Below are positions 31,801 through 41,074 of a stretch of 64,000 nt of DNA, piece after piece; the first letter of the stretch is position 1; each line of letters opens with the position of its first letter. The position numbers and the translations under genes were made by a program. Below the pieces are notes generated by a model. The model made no database searches. It was not told the DNA's origin and saw only the letters and a list, made by a program, of their open reading frames with translations. This DNA comes from Thecamonas trahens ATCC 50062 (taxonomy: Eukaryota; Protista; Apusomonadida): contig NW_013657654.1 in assembly GCF_000142905.1 (NCBI RefSeq), positions 1-64,000 on the forward strand, in the 5' to 3' direction.

Positions 31801-32063
31801 CGACGGCGACGGTGACGGTGACGGCGACGGTGATGGGAGAGGCGGAGGCATCATCGGCGGCGGTGGTGACGCCGAAACAGCCTGGCCCAAAGCGACGGTG
31901 ATGGGAGAGGCGGAGGCATCATCGGCGGCGGTGGTGACGCCGAAACAGCCTGGCCCAAAACAGACATGGGCGTCATTCCAAGAAGGAGCGCGAGTGCGAC
32001 AAGGGTGGCCACCAGTGTGCAATGCCCAAAGCGGGTGAAGGGGGAGTTTTGGGAGGGAGTCAT
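28826..32063 (-). CDS. Large cell-surface receptor-like protein: signal peptide, (SP)n stalk, 2 Sushi/CCP-like, filamin/Ig-like, Cys-rich repeats, ~7-8 TM helices
   Basis: Hydrophobic leader in ORF 31851-32063. Sushi-like C..NG..C.PGF...C...W...C twice. DEFGN...GLYTIAI..ASPF resembles filamin. CxxC-rich repeats and TM helices follow. Breaks at a 68-bp duplication (31824-31959) and a T-run (~29525-29528). Confidence 0.75.
31711..31833. repeat. (GACGGY)n hexamer repeat encoding (Ser-Pro)n on the minus strand
   Basis: Directly visible. Confidence 0.95.
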
Positions 32064-32895
32064 GGTGTGGGGGGGTGGGGAGGGAGAGGGGGGAGGGGGG
32101 AGGGGAGAAAGTGGAGTATGGCTTGGTTTTGCTTGGGTGTGTGGGAGGGGGGAGGGGAGGGGGGGGGTCGTTGCCTAAGGGTTGGAGTCGAAAAGGACGG
32201 AAGCTAACTTTTTTCGTTGTGAACAGTTTTTTTTGGAGAGGAAGGAGGAAGGCTAATGGTGTCGAGCTCGTAGCGTGTTGGGTAGGAGAGAGGGGAGGGA
32301 GGAGGGTGAGAGGGGGGGGGTCACAGACACGTATGAGAGTCAACACCTGCTACACCTGCGTGCGAGGGTTGTGGCAGCCGTATTTGGCAGAACGTAGCGT
32401 GTGTTATCTCAGGGAGACTGTGAGGCTCAGTTGATCCACGAAATACGGCCGATCGCACGACAACGTTTGTTTTGACAAACACAGCCACGACTACGACGCG
32501 ATCCGGCCTCCCTCCTCCCTCCCACCGCCCCTCATCACAGCCATGCCCAACAGATCCCAAAGGCCCGCATTGCACACGACTGTATCCTTCAACTTCAGGC
32601 CCTCCCGATTTCGCACACAACACCCATCAGCCCACGTCTACCCCCCACCGTCACCCTCCCCCTCCTCCCCCAACCGGCGCCCGACTGCAGGACGCAGCTC
32701 TCCTCCACCCCCCAACACCCAGATCAAGACCCTCCTCCAACCTGCTGCTGCCGTGCTGCGAGTCGCAATAGTCACAAGCCGCCGCACAACGCAAAAGCGA
32801 CAAGAACGTCTATACCATTCCAGCTGGAAAAAAACGCGTGCCGTTTGTACCAAGCCAAACCCCCCACACTCAGCTCCCCCCTGCCACTGGCGAGC

Positions 32896-34585
32896 ATGTG
32901 GAAGATCATTGCCATGGTAGCAGCCGTTGCCTTTCTCGCCAGCACGGCATCTGCCGAGAAGAACACGCTCGGCCCACGGTGGCTTGTCTTTTCCGGCGAC
33001 CGCCAGTTCTGTGGCCCCATTCCCCAGGTGGCCACCATGTCCATGGTCCAGCCGAAGCACATGACGTACGCCTGCCCCCCACCCCCCCCCTCCCCACCTT
33101 CCCCCCCTGGCACACTCACCCCCCCCCCCCTTCCTCCTGACACAGCCCTCCGTGCAAGCCCGGCAAGTATCACTCTGCACTGGCCAAGGTCTTCATCATG
33201 CCGCTGCTTGTGGTCATCGGTGTCGTTCTTTGTGGCTGTGGTTTCTGCGTCAAGGCCTGCTGCCTCTCGTCGCCATCATCGGCGTCTGCGTCTGCAAATG
33301 GATCGCGTGGTGGCGTGCCTGGTGTCGGCTTTGCCTCGACCAACTCGTCGCTGAGCAAGGCTGCTGGTGATGGACGTGGCGACTACGGTGCGCTGCCGGC
33401 ATCGGCGTCGAATGGGGTCTCGGTCAACGCGCTCTACGCCCGCCGCAACGGGTCGCCACCGGTCATTGCCATTGTGGCGGCGGTGGGCGTGGTGGTGGCT
33501 ATGGCGGTGGCGGTGGCCGGTGGCGACGAGGTGCGGACGCTGACGTATGGCGCGCGACAGCTGTTCCTAGACAACCTCGACTACACTTCGACGACACTGC
33601 ACGAGGCCATGGCAGGCCTGCGGAGCATGGGCGCGCTCAAGCCTGGGCGCCGCAGTCTGCGGCGGCAGTCGCGGCGCTCTCGTCGTACTCATCGGGCACG
33701 CACAAGATCGCCGACTCGCTGGCTTCACTCGACTCGCTCCGCGCCGCTTTTCTCATCATCACCGCCGTGTTTGTCACGCTGGCTGTTGTGGGCGGGCTCG
33801 CGGTCCACGCCCTCAACTGGCGGCGGCTCTCGCTCGGGCTGGCCATTGTGGGCATTGTGGCGCTGGCGTGCGTGTGGGGCAACTTTATGGTGTACGTGAC
33901 GGCGGCAAACGTGATCTCGGACATGTGCCGGACCATCAACGGTTGCCACTTTTGCTACGAGAGCGGCGGGAGCAACTGCGGGTCGACCGTGTGTGCGGTG
34001 CCGTTCTTCGAGACACTGTCCGCGTGCCCGGCGTCGGCGCAGAACCGGTTCCAGTCTCTGACCGCGGTGGCTGCCTCGGCCACCAAGGGCAAGGCCGACG
34101 ACGTCTGCGCCGCGCTCGACAAGCTGTGTCCAGACGGAGCGTCGTGCGCGCGGACCTCGGGCGACTGCACAGCGTCTGCACTCGGCTCTGGCCTCTCGGC
34201 GCTGGTTTGCGACGGCCCGACGTGCTTCCCAGTCTCTACGGTGGCGGCCAACGCGACGGGAAATCCGGCGTTCTTTGCCCGCGTCGACGATGCCGAGGCC
34301 GTCATGACCGCCTTTGCTGCCTTTGGCACCGCCAACTCCTACCAGCTCGGCCTCACCTCGCTCGACTGCGGGAGCAACAACGCGTTCATCGAGCGCGCCC
34401 CGGGCGGGACCTACGACTCGCTGCAAAAGTTCCTCTGCCCGCGCATTGTTCACCCGGTCAACCCGCCGCAGCATACGTTCTCGGTCACCGCCGGCGGCCT
34501 CCTCGCCGCTGGCCTCATCTTTCCGCTCTACGTCGTGTGGCTTGTCCGTGCCCATCACGCCGCCACCAGGCGGCAGGCCGAGTAA
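32896..34585 (+). CDS. Multipass membrane protein with a Cys-rich extracellular loop (tweety/prominin-like topology); intron 33066-33145; frameshift ~33645
   Basis: Signal peptide MWKIIAMVAAVAFLASTASA, in-frame splice to the 33198 ORF, TM segments and a SDMC motif. Joins the 33767 ORF by adding one G. Confidence 0.55.
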
Positions 34586-34622
34586 AAGCCAAGCGCAAGC
34601 GCAAGCGCTAGCAAGCGGTGGC

Positions 34623-36452
34623 CTAAGACTGGTGCGATGGCGCCAGCTGAGTAGCAGCCATGAGGAGGGCGGTGGGACAGTTGGGGTACCGGCGGAGAGC
34701 GTTGACAACCTGATCCGGGGTCAGCATGAGCTGGTTCATGCGGTACTCCTTGGCGGTCTGGGTCCGAGAGACAGTGACCTCGTTGAGCTGCAGTGATGAG
34801 ACGTCGCCAAGGAGGCCAAAGCCAAAGCCGCCGCGCTTGGAGACCTGGTACTTGCGGTGGAGCGTCGAGTAGTCGTCGGATGACATGCCACCCTGGCCAG
34901 ACTCAAACTCGGACGACTGGGCGACGAGCTGGAGCGCCTCGAGGTGCTCAAAGGCCTTGAGCGCGACCTTGCGGGCGCAAAAATGGACCGAGGCAAACGA
35001 GCCCTGCGCGAGCTTGCGGTACTCGTCGTAGATCATCTCAAAGTTGGCGGCGTACATGCCACGCTCCCACATCTGCTTCATGGCAACGAGGAGCCAGAGC
35101 TCGAGGATCGAGAGCCCGCGGAGCATGTTCTCGCGTGCGTCGACAAAGAGCGCCTTGCTCGCGGCAGTGATTGCCGCCAGGGAGAGCCATGGCGCGTCGC
35201 GGCTCGTGTACGCCACCGCCACATTGAACCAGTCGATGAATGAGAGGACCTCGGTGCAGATGTCGTAGCGGAGCCGCAGCGTGTCGAGAAACGAGTCGGT
35301 GGCAAAGAGGGCGTCGGTGGCGGCGGCCCAGGCGGCGACGCGCTCAGTGCCGAGCGCAGCCACCAGCGGAGCCGCGAGCGGCGCGTTGGGGCACGGCGGC
35401 GTGATGCGCTCGCGAAGGACGGCAAGGAGCTGCGAGAACGAGTCGAGCGAGAAAAAGTCGAGCCGCCGGTGCATGAACCGAGAGCGGACCCGCTTCTCCA
35501 GCAGCTCGATGGCGTCGAGCCGCGCTGTGAGGCCGACAACAACAAGGCCGGTCGTGGCGTGCGAGACCATGTTGAGCAGGTTGTATAGCAGCGATTGCTG
35601 CGGATGGCCGGCAAAGAGGTCAAACTCGTCGAGGACAAAGACGAGGGCGCCGCGGTTGGCCCCGGTCAGCGTCTCGACCATGCCCACCACCGCGTCGAGA
35701 GCCTCGGCAAACGACGACGCCTTGGCAGCCTCCAAGTTCGCCACTTGGTTCGCCGTCAGCGTCCGAGTCCCAGCCTCGAGCTCCTCGCCGAGCGTCTTGC
35801 GGCGGCCGCGGGTTCCGCGGATCCGTGCCTCGGCCGGCACCTCCTTGGCCTTGGCCTTGGCGAGCACTACCCGCTCGAGCTCGGGATCGGCGGCAATGTC
35901 GTTCTCCACCGCCAGCATGTGGCGGGCCTCGGCCTCAGCGGCCAGCCCCTCCACACGCTCGATCTCGCGCAAGTTGTCGAGCGCCGCCACCACGCCGCCC
36001 TGCAGCTGCTCCACAATGGCGCGAAGCGCAAGCTGCGCGTTGCAGTGGACAAGGCCCGAGAGGCGGACAACCGTCAACTTGCCCGGATGTTCACCATCCA
36101 GCTCCGAGAGCACTCTGTCGAGCACCAGACTCTTCCCGCATCCCCGAAAGCCCATCATCAGCACAGAGTTGGCCTCGCCCGACTCGATCGAGGCCTCCAG
36201 AATGTCGTGCAGATCGCGCCGCTGCCGCTCCCATGCCTCTACTTCCACCGGAGCGTAGCCCTTGGACAGCGTGTGTCGGAGGTACTGCTGGATGACTCTC
36301 GCCGCCACGGCATCGTCCACCGTCGCCGTCTCGTCCTCCAGCTGTCGCGTCCGCTTGGTCGCCAAGCTGGGCGAGGACGGCCCTGGCCCAGCCGTGGACC
36401 CAGCCGCAGGACCCGAGTTTGTGGTACGCCTCCGCTTGCGGGTTCCCGACAT
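34623..36452 (-). CDS. ORC4: Origin recognition complex subunit 4
   Basis: Motifs GEANSVLMMGFRGCGKS, FVLDEFDLFAGHPQQSLLYNL, LEKRVRSRF and a winged helix NFEMIYDEY..AFEHL. Confidence 0.93.
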   Translation of the reverse strand: MSGTRKRRRTTNSGPAAGSTAGPGPSSPSLATKRTRQLEDETATVDDAVAARVIQQYLRHTLSKGYAPVEVEAWERQRRDLHDILEASIESGEANSVLMMGFRGCGKSLVLDRVLSELDGEHPGKLTVVRLSGLVHCNAQLALRAIVEQLQGGVVAALDNLREIERVEGLAAEAEARHMLAVENDIAADPELERVVLAKAKAKEVPAEARIRGTRGRRKTLGEELEAGTRTLTANQVANLEAAKASSFAEALDAVVGMVETLTGANRGALVFVLDEFDLFAGHPQQSLLYNLLNMVSHATTGLVVVGLTARLDAIELLEKRVRSRFMHRRLDFFSLDSFSQLLAVLRERITPPCPNAPLAAPLVAALGTERVAAWAAATDALFATDSFLDTLRLRYDICTEVLSFIDWFNVAVAYTSRDAPWLSLAAITAASKALFVDARENMLRGLSILELWLLVAMKQMWERGMYAANFEMIYDEYRKLAQGSFASVHFCARKVALKAFEHLEALQLVAQSSEFESGQGGMSSDDYSTLHRKYQVSKRGGFGFGLLGDVSSLQLNEVTVSRTQTAKEYRMNQLMLTPDQVVNALRRYPNCPTALLMAATQLAPSHQS

Positions 36453-36466
36453 GTATTTGAACGTGT

Positions 36467-36468
<2 letters not shown>

Positions 36469-36517
<49 letters not shown>
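36469..36517. repeat. (GT)n microsatellite just upstream of the ORC4 ATG
   Basis: Directly visible. Confidence 0.95.
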
Positions 36518-36519
<2 letters not shown>

Positions 36520-36761
36520 GGACAAGGGAGGGGGTGGCTGAGCTAAGTGCAGTGTGGGCTTGGTTGGCGGGGGAGGGGGAGGGGGGGGTTTGGGGGAGGA
36601 GTGTTGGGGGAGGAGTGGTTGGGGAGGGTGCGATGCGAGATGGATGCTGTGGGGAGGATGTGAGGTACTTCCACATGACACATAATTACACATACACATG
36701 TATGTGGATATACATATGAGTGTGTGGTTGTGCGTGTGGTTGTACATGCATACGGGGATCT

Positions 36762-37451
36762 TCATTGGGCGGCGGCAGCGGCGGCCTCGGCCTCGGCCTT
36801 GGCTTGCTCAAAGGGAGAGGCGATCTGCTCAGCGCCAGACTCGGGCGAGACGACGGTGATGGTCGGGCCACGGCAGACAAGGGTCCCGAGCTCGCGGCTC
36901 TCGCCTGAGAGCACAGCCGGGTTCAGCGGGTTCCGCAGCATCTCCACAGCGTTCTCCAGCGTCAGGTTGAGCAGCTGATCGTATCCCTTCAGCACGCCCA
37001 CCACTACACATCCAGCACCATCCACCACCCCATCATCCCATCACCCCATCCGCACCAGTCCAATCGCGTGTCCACATGAGTATGTACTCTCTCCCTTCAT
37101 CCCCCCCTCCCCTCTCCCCCCTCGCCCGCATCTCACGTACCCTCGCGTCCGCCAGTGAACTTGACCCGGACCGACGAGCCCAGCAGCGGCTCCATATCCA
37201 TGACCGACGTCTTGCTCTGAGTACCACCAGTTCCAGTCAATGTCAGTAAGTATGGTGACCTCGCATGCTCCCTCTCCTTTCCTGCCCCCCCCCCCCCCCC
37301 CCTCCCCCTTCACGCCCTTTCCCTCCACACCCTCCCCTCCTGACCCCTTTCCCCTCACCCCCCTCCGCCCTCGCTTGGCCATGCCCATGTACGCCCCTCC
37401 CTCCCCCCTCCCCCCCCATCCTACCCCATCCCTCCCTACCCCACATACCAT
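36762..37451 (-). CDS. LSM7: U6 snRNA-associated Sm-like protein LSm7; introns 37004-37140 and 37217-37448
   Basis: The spliced product reads M|SKTSVMDMEPLLGSSVRVKFTGGRE|VVGVLKGYDQLLNLTLE..RELGTLVCRG..IASPF. GT/AG sites are in frame. Confidence 0.9.
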
Positions 37452-37677
37452 GCTCTCTGTGTGTGCTGTAGTCGGATGTCCCCCCTCTCCCCACCCCCAT
37501 CCCCACCCCGACCCCCCCACTCCTTCCGATCGTGATCACGATCACGATCACGATCGCCACCACATTCGACGACCCCTCCCGATCACAAGCGCACAGCCTC
37601 CACAGGACAGCCAGCCAGCCACGGCGTTGACGAAAAAGGTCGTGCTTCGACACCGCTCTCTCACACACCCATCAACC

Positions 37678-38754
37678 ATGGCTGCGGCATCCGACACGCC
37701 GCAAATTCTGACCCACATTGCACACTCTGTCACGTATACGGTGTTCGATACCAAGTGGGTGCCGCGGTCGGCGCGGGCTGTGGGGGTGGGACAGACCGCG
37801 CGGGGGCGAGGCATCATCCAGGTCTACTCGCTGGGCAAGAAGGGGACGCTCCAGGTGGAGGCCGAGACCGGCAAGGCTGCAGGCTTCAAGTGCGCGACCT
37901 TTGCAGCGTCTGCGCTGGAGGACAGGTTTCTGGCTACAGGCGACTTCTCCGGCCGCCTCGCGGTGTGGGACCTCGACCACCCAGAGCTCCCTGTCTACGC
38001 TGCGAGCGCCCACGACGGCATTGTCAACGCCATCGATGGTATCGGCGGCGTGCTGGGCGCCGGTGCGCCCGAGATTGTCACCGGCGGTCGCGACGGCGTA
38101 GCCAAGGTCTGGGACACGCGTCAGAAGAACGAGCCAGTGCTTGCCCTCAAACCAGCCGCAGGAAGCGATACCCGCGATTGCTGGGCCGTCGCCTTTGGCA
38201 ACGCGTACTCGGACGAAGAGCGGACGGTGGTGACCGGCTACGACAACGGCGACGTCAAAATGTTCGATCTGCGCATGTCCAAGCTGGTGTGGGAGACAAA
38301 CGTGGCCAACGGCGTCTGCCATCTCGCCTTTGACCGCCCAGACATCGAGATGAACAAGCTGTACGTCTCGACGCTCGAGTCCAAGCTCCGGGTCTACGAC
38401 ATGCGCACCTTTTCGGAGGACCTGGGCTATGCCCACGTCACCCACGCCGACTCGGACTGCACCGTCTGGCGCTCCGCCCCGCTCCCGCAGGACCGCGATG
38501 TGTTTATGGCCGCCTACGGCAACGGCTCGCTCTCACTCTGCAAGTACAAGTACCCAGACAAGCGGTCCGAGACCGACGCCCAGGGCAAGCCTGTTGGCGT
38601 CGCCGGCTCGGTCATCCCGCTCGCCTCGGCCTCCATCTCCACGCAGCCCATCCACTGCTTCGACTGGTCCGCCGACAAGCGCGGCCTCTGCGTCTTTGGC
38701 TCGTTTGACCAGTGCATCCGCGTCGGCATCGTCACCCGTCTGGAAGTTGTTTAG
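37678..38754 (+). CDS. WDR92: WD40 protein WDR92/DNAAF10 (dynein assembly)
   Basis: Motifs PQILTH..TVFDTKWVP, GAPEIVTGGRDG, RDCWAVAFGN, GYDNGDVKMFDLR, FDRPDIEMNKL and YKYPDKR. Confidence 0.92.
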   Translation: MAAASDTPQILTHIAHSVTYTVFDTKWVPRSARAVGVGQTARGRGIIQVYSLGKKGTLQVEAETGKAAGFKCATFAASALEDRFLATGDFSGRLAVWDLDHPELPVYAASAHDGIVNAIDGIGGVLGAGAPEIVTGGRDGVAKVWDTRQKNEPVLALKPAAGSDTRDCWAVAFGNAYSDEERTVVTGYDNGDVKMFDLRMSKLVWETNVANGVCHLAFDRPDIEMNKLYVSTLESKLRVYDMRTFSEDLGYAHVTHADSDCTVWRSAPLPQDRDVFMAAYGNGSLSLCKYKYPDKRSETDAQGKPVGVAGSVIPLASASISTQPIHCFDWSADKRGLCVFGSFDQCIRVGIVTRLEVV

Positions 38755-38950
38755 CCCCAGCCGATCGCCGCCTACCATTATGCCCCCTCTACTGCCAGCC
38801 AGGCTGCCCACCCAACAATTATCATGCCACTACCAGCCCTTCCTCCTCCGCCCCGCCCCAAATCGGGCTAACCTTCTATTCCGGCCACCCCCACCCCCCC
38901 ACCTCCCCGCCACCTCACTTCCCCTCCCCACCCCCCCCACTGCCAAGCGA

Positions 38951-39943
38951 ATGGGCCAATCTGCGTCCAAGGACACGCAACAGTACCGCGAGGGGTATCC
39001 GGGACTGCAGGACGATCCGAGCGAGAAGAGCAACGCCGAGTTCTACCTCAACCTCCGAGCCAGTGAGCCATCCGGCGATACCATTGAGAACATCCACAAG
39101 CAATGGTGGGGCAACTACGAGCTGCTTGAGCGCCATCATGGCTACATTCAATGGCTCTTCCCCATTCGTGAACAAGGTCTCAATCATCGTGCTCATCGTC
39201 TGCATCTTCATGAAATCGCTACCATCAAAGCCGATCCTGTGGCTCTCGCCAGACTCATCACCTCGTACAAGATGATGCTCGACTTTTACGGCATGGTCCT
39301 CCTGGACGAGTCCACAGGTGCTATCGGCCGCAAGGATGACAACTACCGCGCTCGTTACGCCCATCTCAACTCCTCCTATCACAACTACCTCCGCATCACG
39401 CGCATTCTCAAGTCGCTCGGCGAGTTTGGGTTTGAGCACTACAAAGCTCCCTTTGTTCGCCATGTCATGACAGAGATCTTTGTCCACAAGAACCTCATCC
39501 GTGCCCGCGACTCGTGCATCAACTACTGGGCGCCCGTCATCCGCGACGATGCCGCCCGTGACGCACTCGAGGGCGAGCTGGCCGCCTTTGTCAAGTCCCA
39601 GCCCGTCGCCCGCTATGATCCCTACGCCCGCTACCGCGCTGCCGCCGCTGCCTATGCAGCCTCTCATCCGAGCGACGACGACAGCGACGACGACGATGAG
39701 AACGGCAATGGTGGCCAAGCCGAGCTCGAAGACGATTCGTACGAGTGGTCGTCGACCGAGGGTATCGACGACGAGGCTCCTGTCGGCTCCTCTCTCACCC
39801 CACCGCTGCATCTGCCTCTGCCGCCGCCGCCGCCTCCGCCGCCACCACCACCGGCGCCGCCGCCGCCTCCGCCTCGGTTCCCTCCCCGATGGAGACCGAA
39901 GACGATGTCACCACTGCCTGAAACTAAACCTACTTATCTCTGA
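38951..39943 (+). CDS. Opioid growth factor receptor (OGFr) conserved-region protein
   Basis: LERHHGYIQWLFP, MMLDFYG and HNYLRITRILKSLGE. MGQSASK is myristoylation-like. The poly-Pro tail probably results from a missing C at ~39798. Confidence 0.88.
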   Translation: MGQSASKDTQQYREGYPGLQDDPSEKSNAEFYLNLRASEPSGDTIENIHKQWWGNYELLERHHGYIQWLFPIREQGLNHRAHRLHLHEIATIKADPVALARLITSYKMMLDFYGMVLLDESTGAIGRKDDNYRARYAHLNSSYHNYLRITRILKSLGEFGFEHYKAPFVRHVMTEIFVHKNLIRARDSCINYWAPVIRDDAARDALEGELAAFVKSQPVARYDPYARYRAAAAAYAASHPSDDDSDDDDENGNGGQAELEDDSYEWSSTEGIDDEAPVGSSLTPPLHLPLPPPPPPPPPPPAPPPPPPRFPPRWRPKTMSPLPETKPTYL

Positions 39944-39985
39944 CCATCTCTCTCTCTATCTCTCTCTCCCCCCACACACCGCACT

Positions 39986-41074
39986 ATGGCCGATCCCGCC
40001 ACCCGCCTCGCGGCCATCCGATCGATGCGGGCCAACTGGATGCGCGAGCGCGAGGCATCATCTATCCGCAACGACCTGTCATCGCCCACAGCAACCTCGG
40101 CGCCGTCTCCGACCGCAGCCGCCCCGACCCAGCCGCGATCACAGGCCGAACTCCTCGATGCCCTCACCGCCCGCATCTCCGCCAAACTCGAAGCCCGGCT
40201 CTCGATGAGCCACGCACCATCGCCATCGCGTGTTGATGCAGCTGCCAGCGGCGACAGGGTCGCCCGCCTCGCAGCTACGTCTGTCATCGAGCAGCTCTCG
40301 GCCGCGTGCGTGGTGTGCATGGAAGTGTACTCGATGACGACCGAGGCGCTCCGGCCGGTCCTCCTCGTCCCTTGTGGGCACACGCCGTTCTGCCATGGCT
40401 GCTTCCTCGCCTTCTCCAAGCGCTCGGCCCAGCACGTCTGTCCGCTCTGCCGTGCGCCCATCTCCTCGCAGACGCCCAACGTGGTCCTCGGCCAGATGAT
40501 GGACGCGCTCAAGACGGCCGAGCCGGCGACTGTGACCAGCAGCGCCAGCCTTGCGGGCGACTCTGCCGCAAACAGCTTGCCCGACCCTGCCTCGTGTGCA
40601 GCCGAGGAGGCCCACCTCGCCGCGCTGCTCGAGCCTACTGGCGCGAGTGTCGGCCGCCACGACCTCGCCCTCGCAGCCCGCTACCTCAAGGATCTGCGGT
40701 CCAACTCGCTCCGCCTCGACGTTCTCGCTGCTGAAGCGAGCCAGGCCCATGCCGACCACCGCCACTTTGTTGCCAAGGCCTCTGCGGGGGAACTGGTTGC
40801 GCATCACCTCGCCGACGAGCGCGGCGCGCTCTCGGCACGTATTGACGCCTTGCTCGCCGAGCGCGCTGCTCTCGACGCACAGATCGCGAGCCACAGCAGT
40901 AAGCTCACTGCCATCGCCCGCGAGGCCCAGCTGGCGGCCGACGAAGCCGCTCTCTTGGACGAGACCATCGCGGGCGTGAAGCGCCAGACAGCCAAGGCGC
41001 GTCTCCTACTCGACGGCCTTCTCCCACCCGGCATCGCGGCAGCTGCCACCTCTGGAGACTACATTCTTCAATAA
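39986..41074 (+). CDS. C3HC4 RING finger protein with coiled coil
   Basis: CVVC..PCGHTPFCHGC..CPLCR. Confidence 0.85.
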   Translation: MADPATRLAAIRSMRANWMREREASSIRNDLSSPTATSAPSPTAAAPTQPRSQAELLDALTARISAKLEARLSMSHAPSPSRVDAAASGDRVARLAATSVIEQLSAACVVCMEVYSMTTEALRPVLLVPCGHTPFCHGCFLAFSKRSAQHVCPLCRAPISSQTPNVVLGQMMDALKTAEPATVTSSASLAGDSAANSLPDPASCAAEEAHLAALLEPTGASVGRHDLALAARYLKDLRSNSLRLDVLAAEASQAHADHRHFVAKASAGELVAHHLADERGALSARIDALLAERAALDAQIASHSSKLTAIAREAQLAADEAALLDETIAGVKRQTAKARLLLDGLLPPGIAAAATSGDYILQ

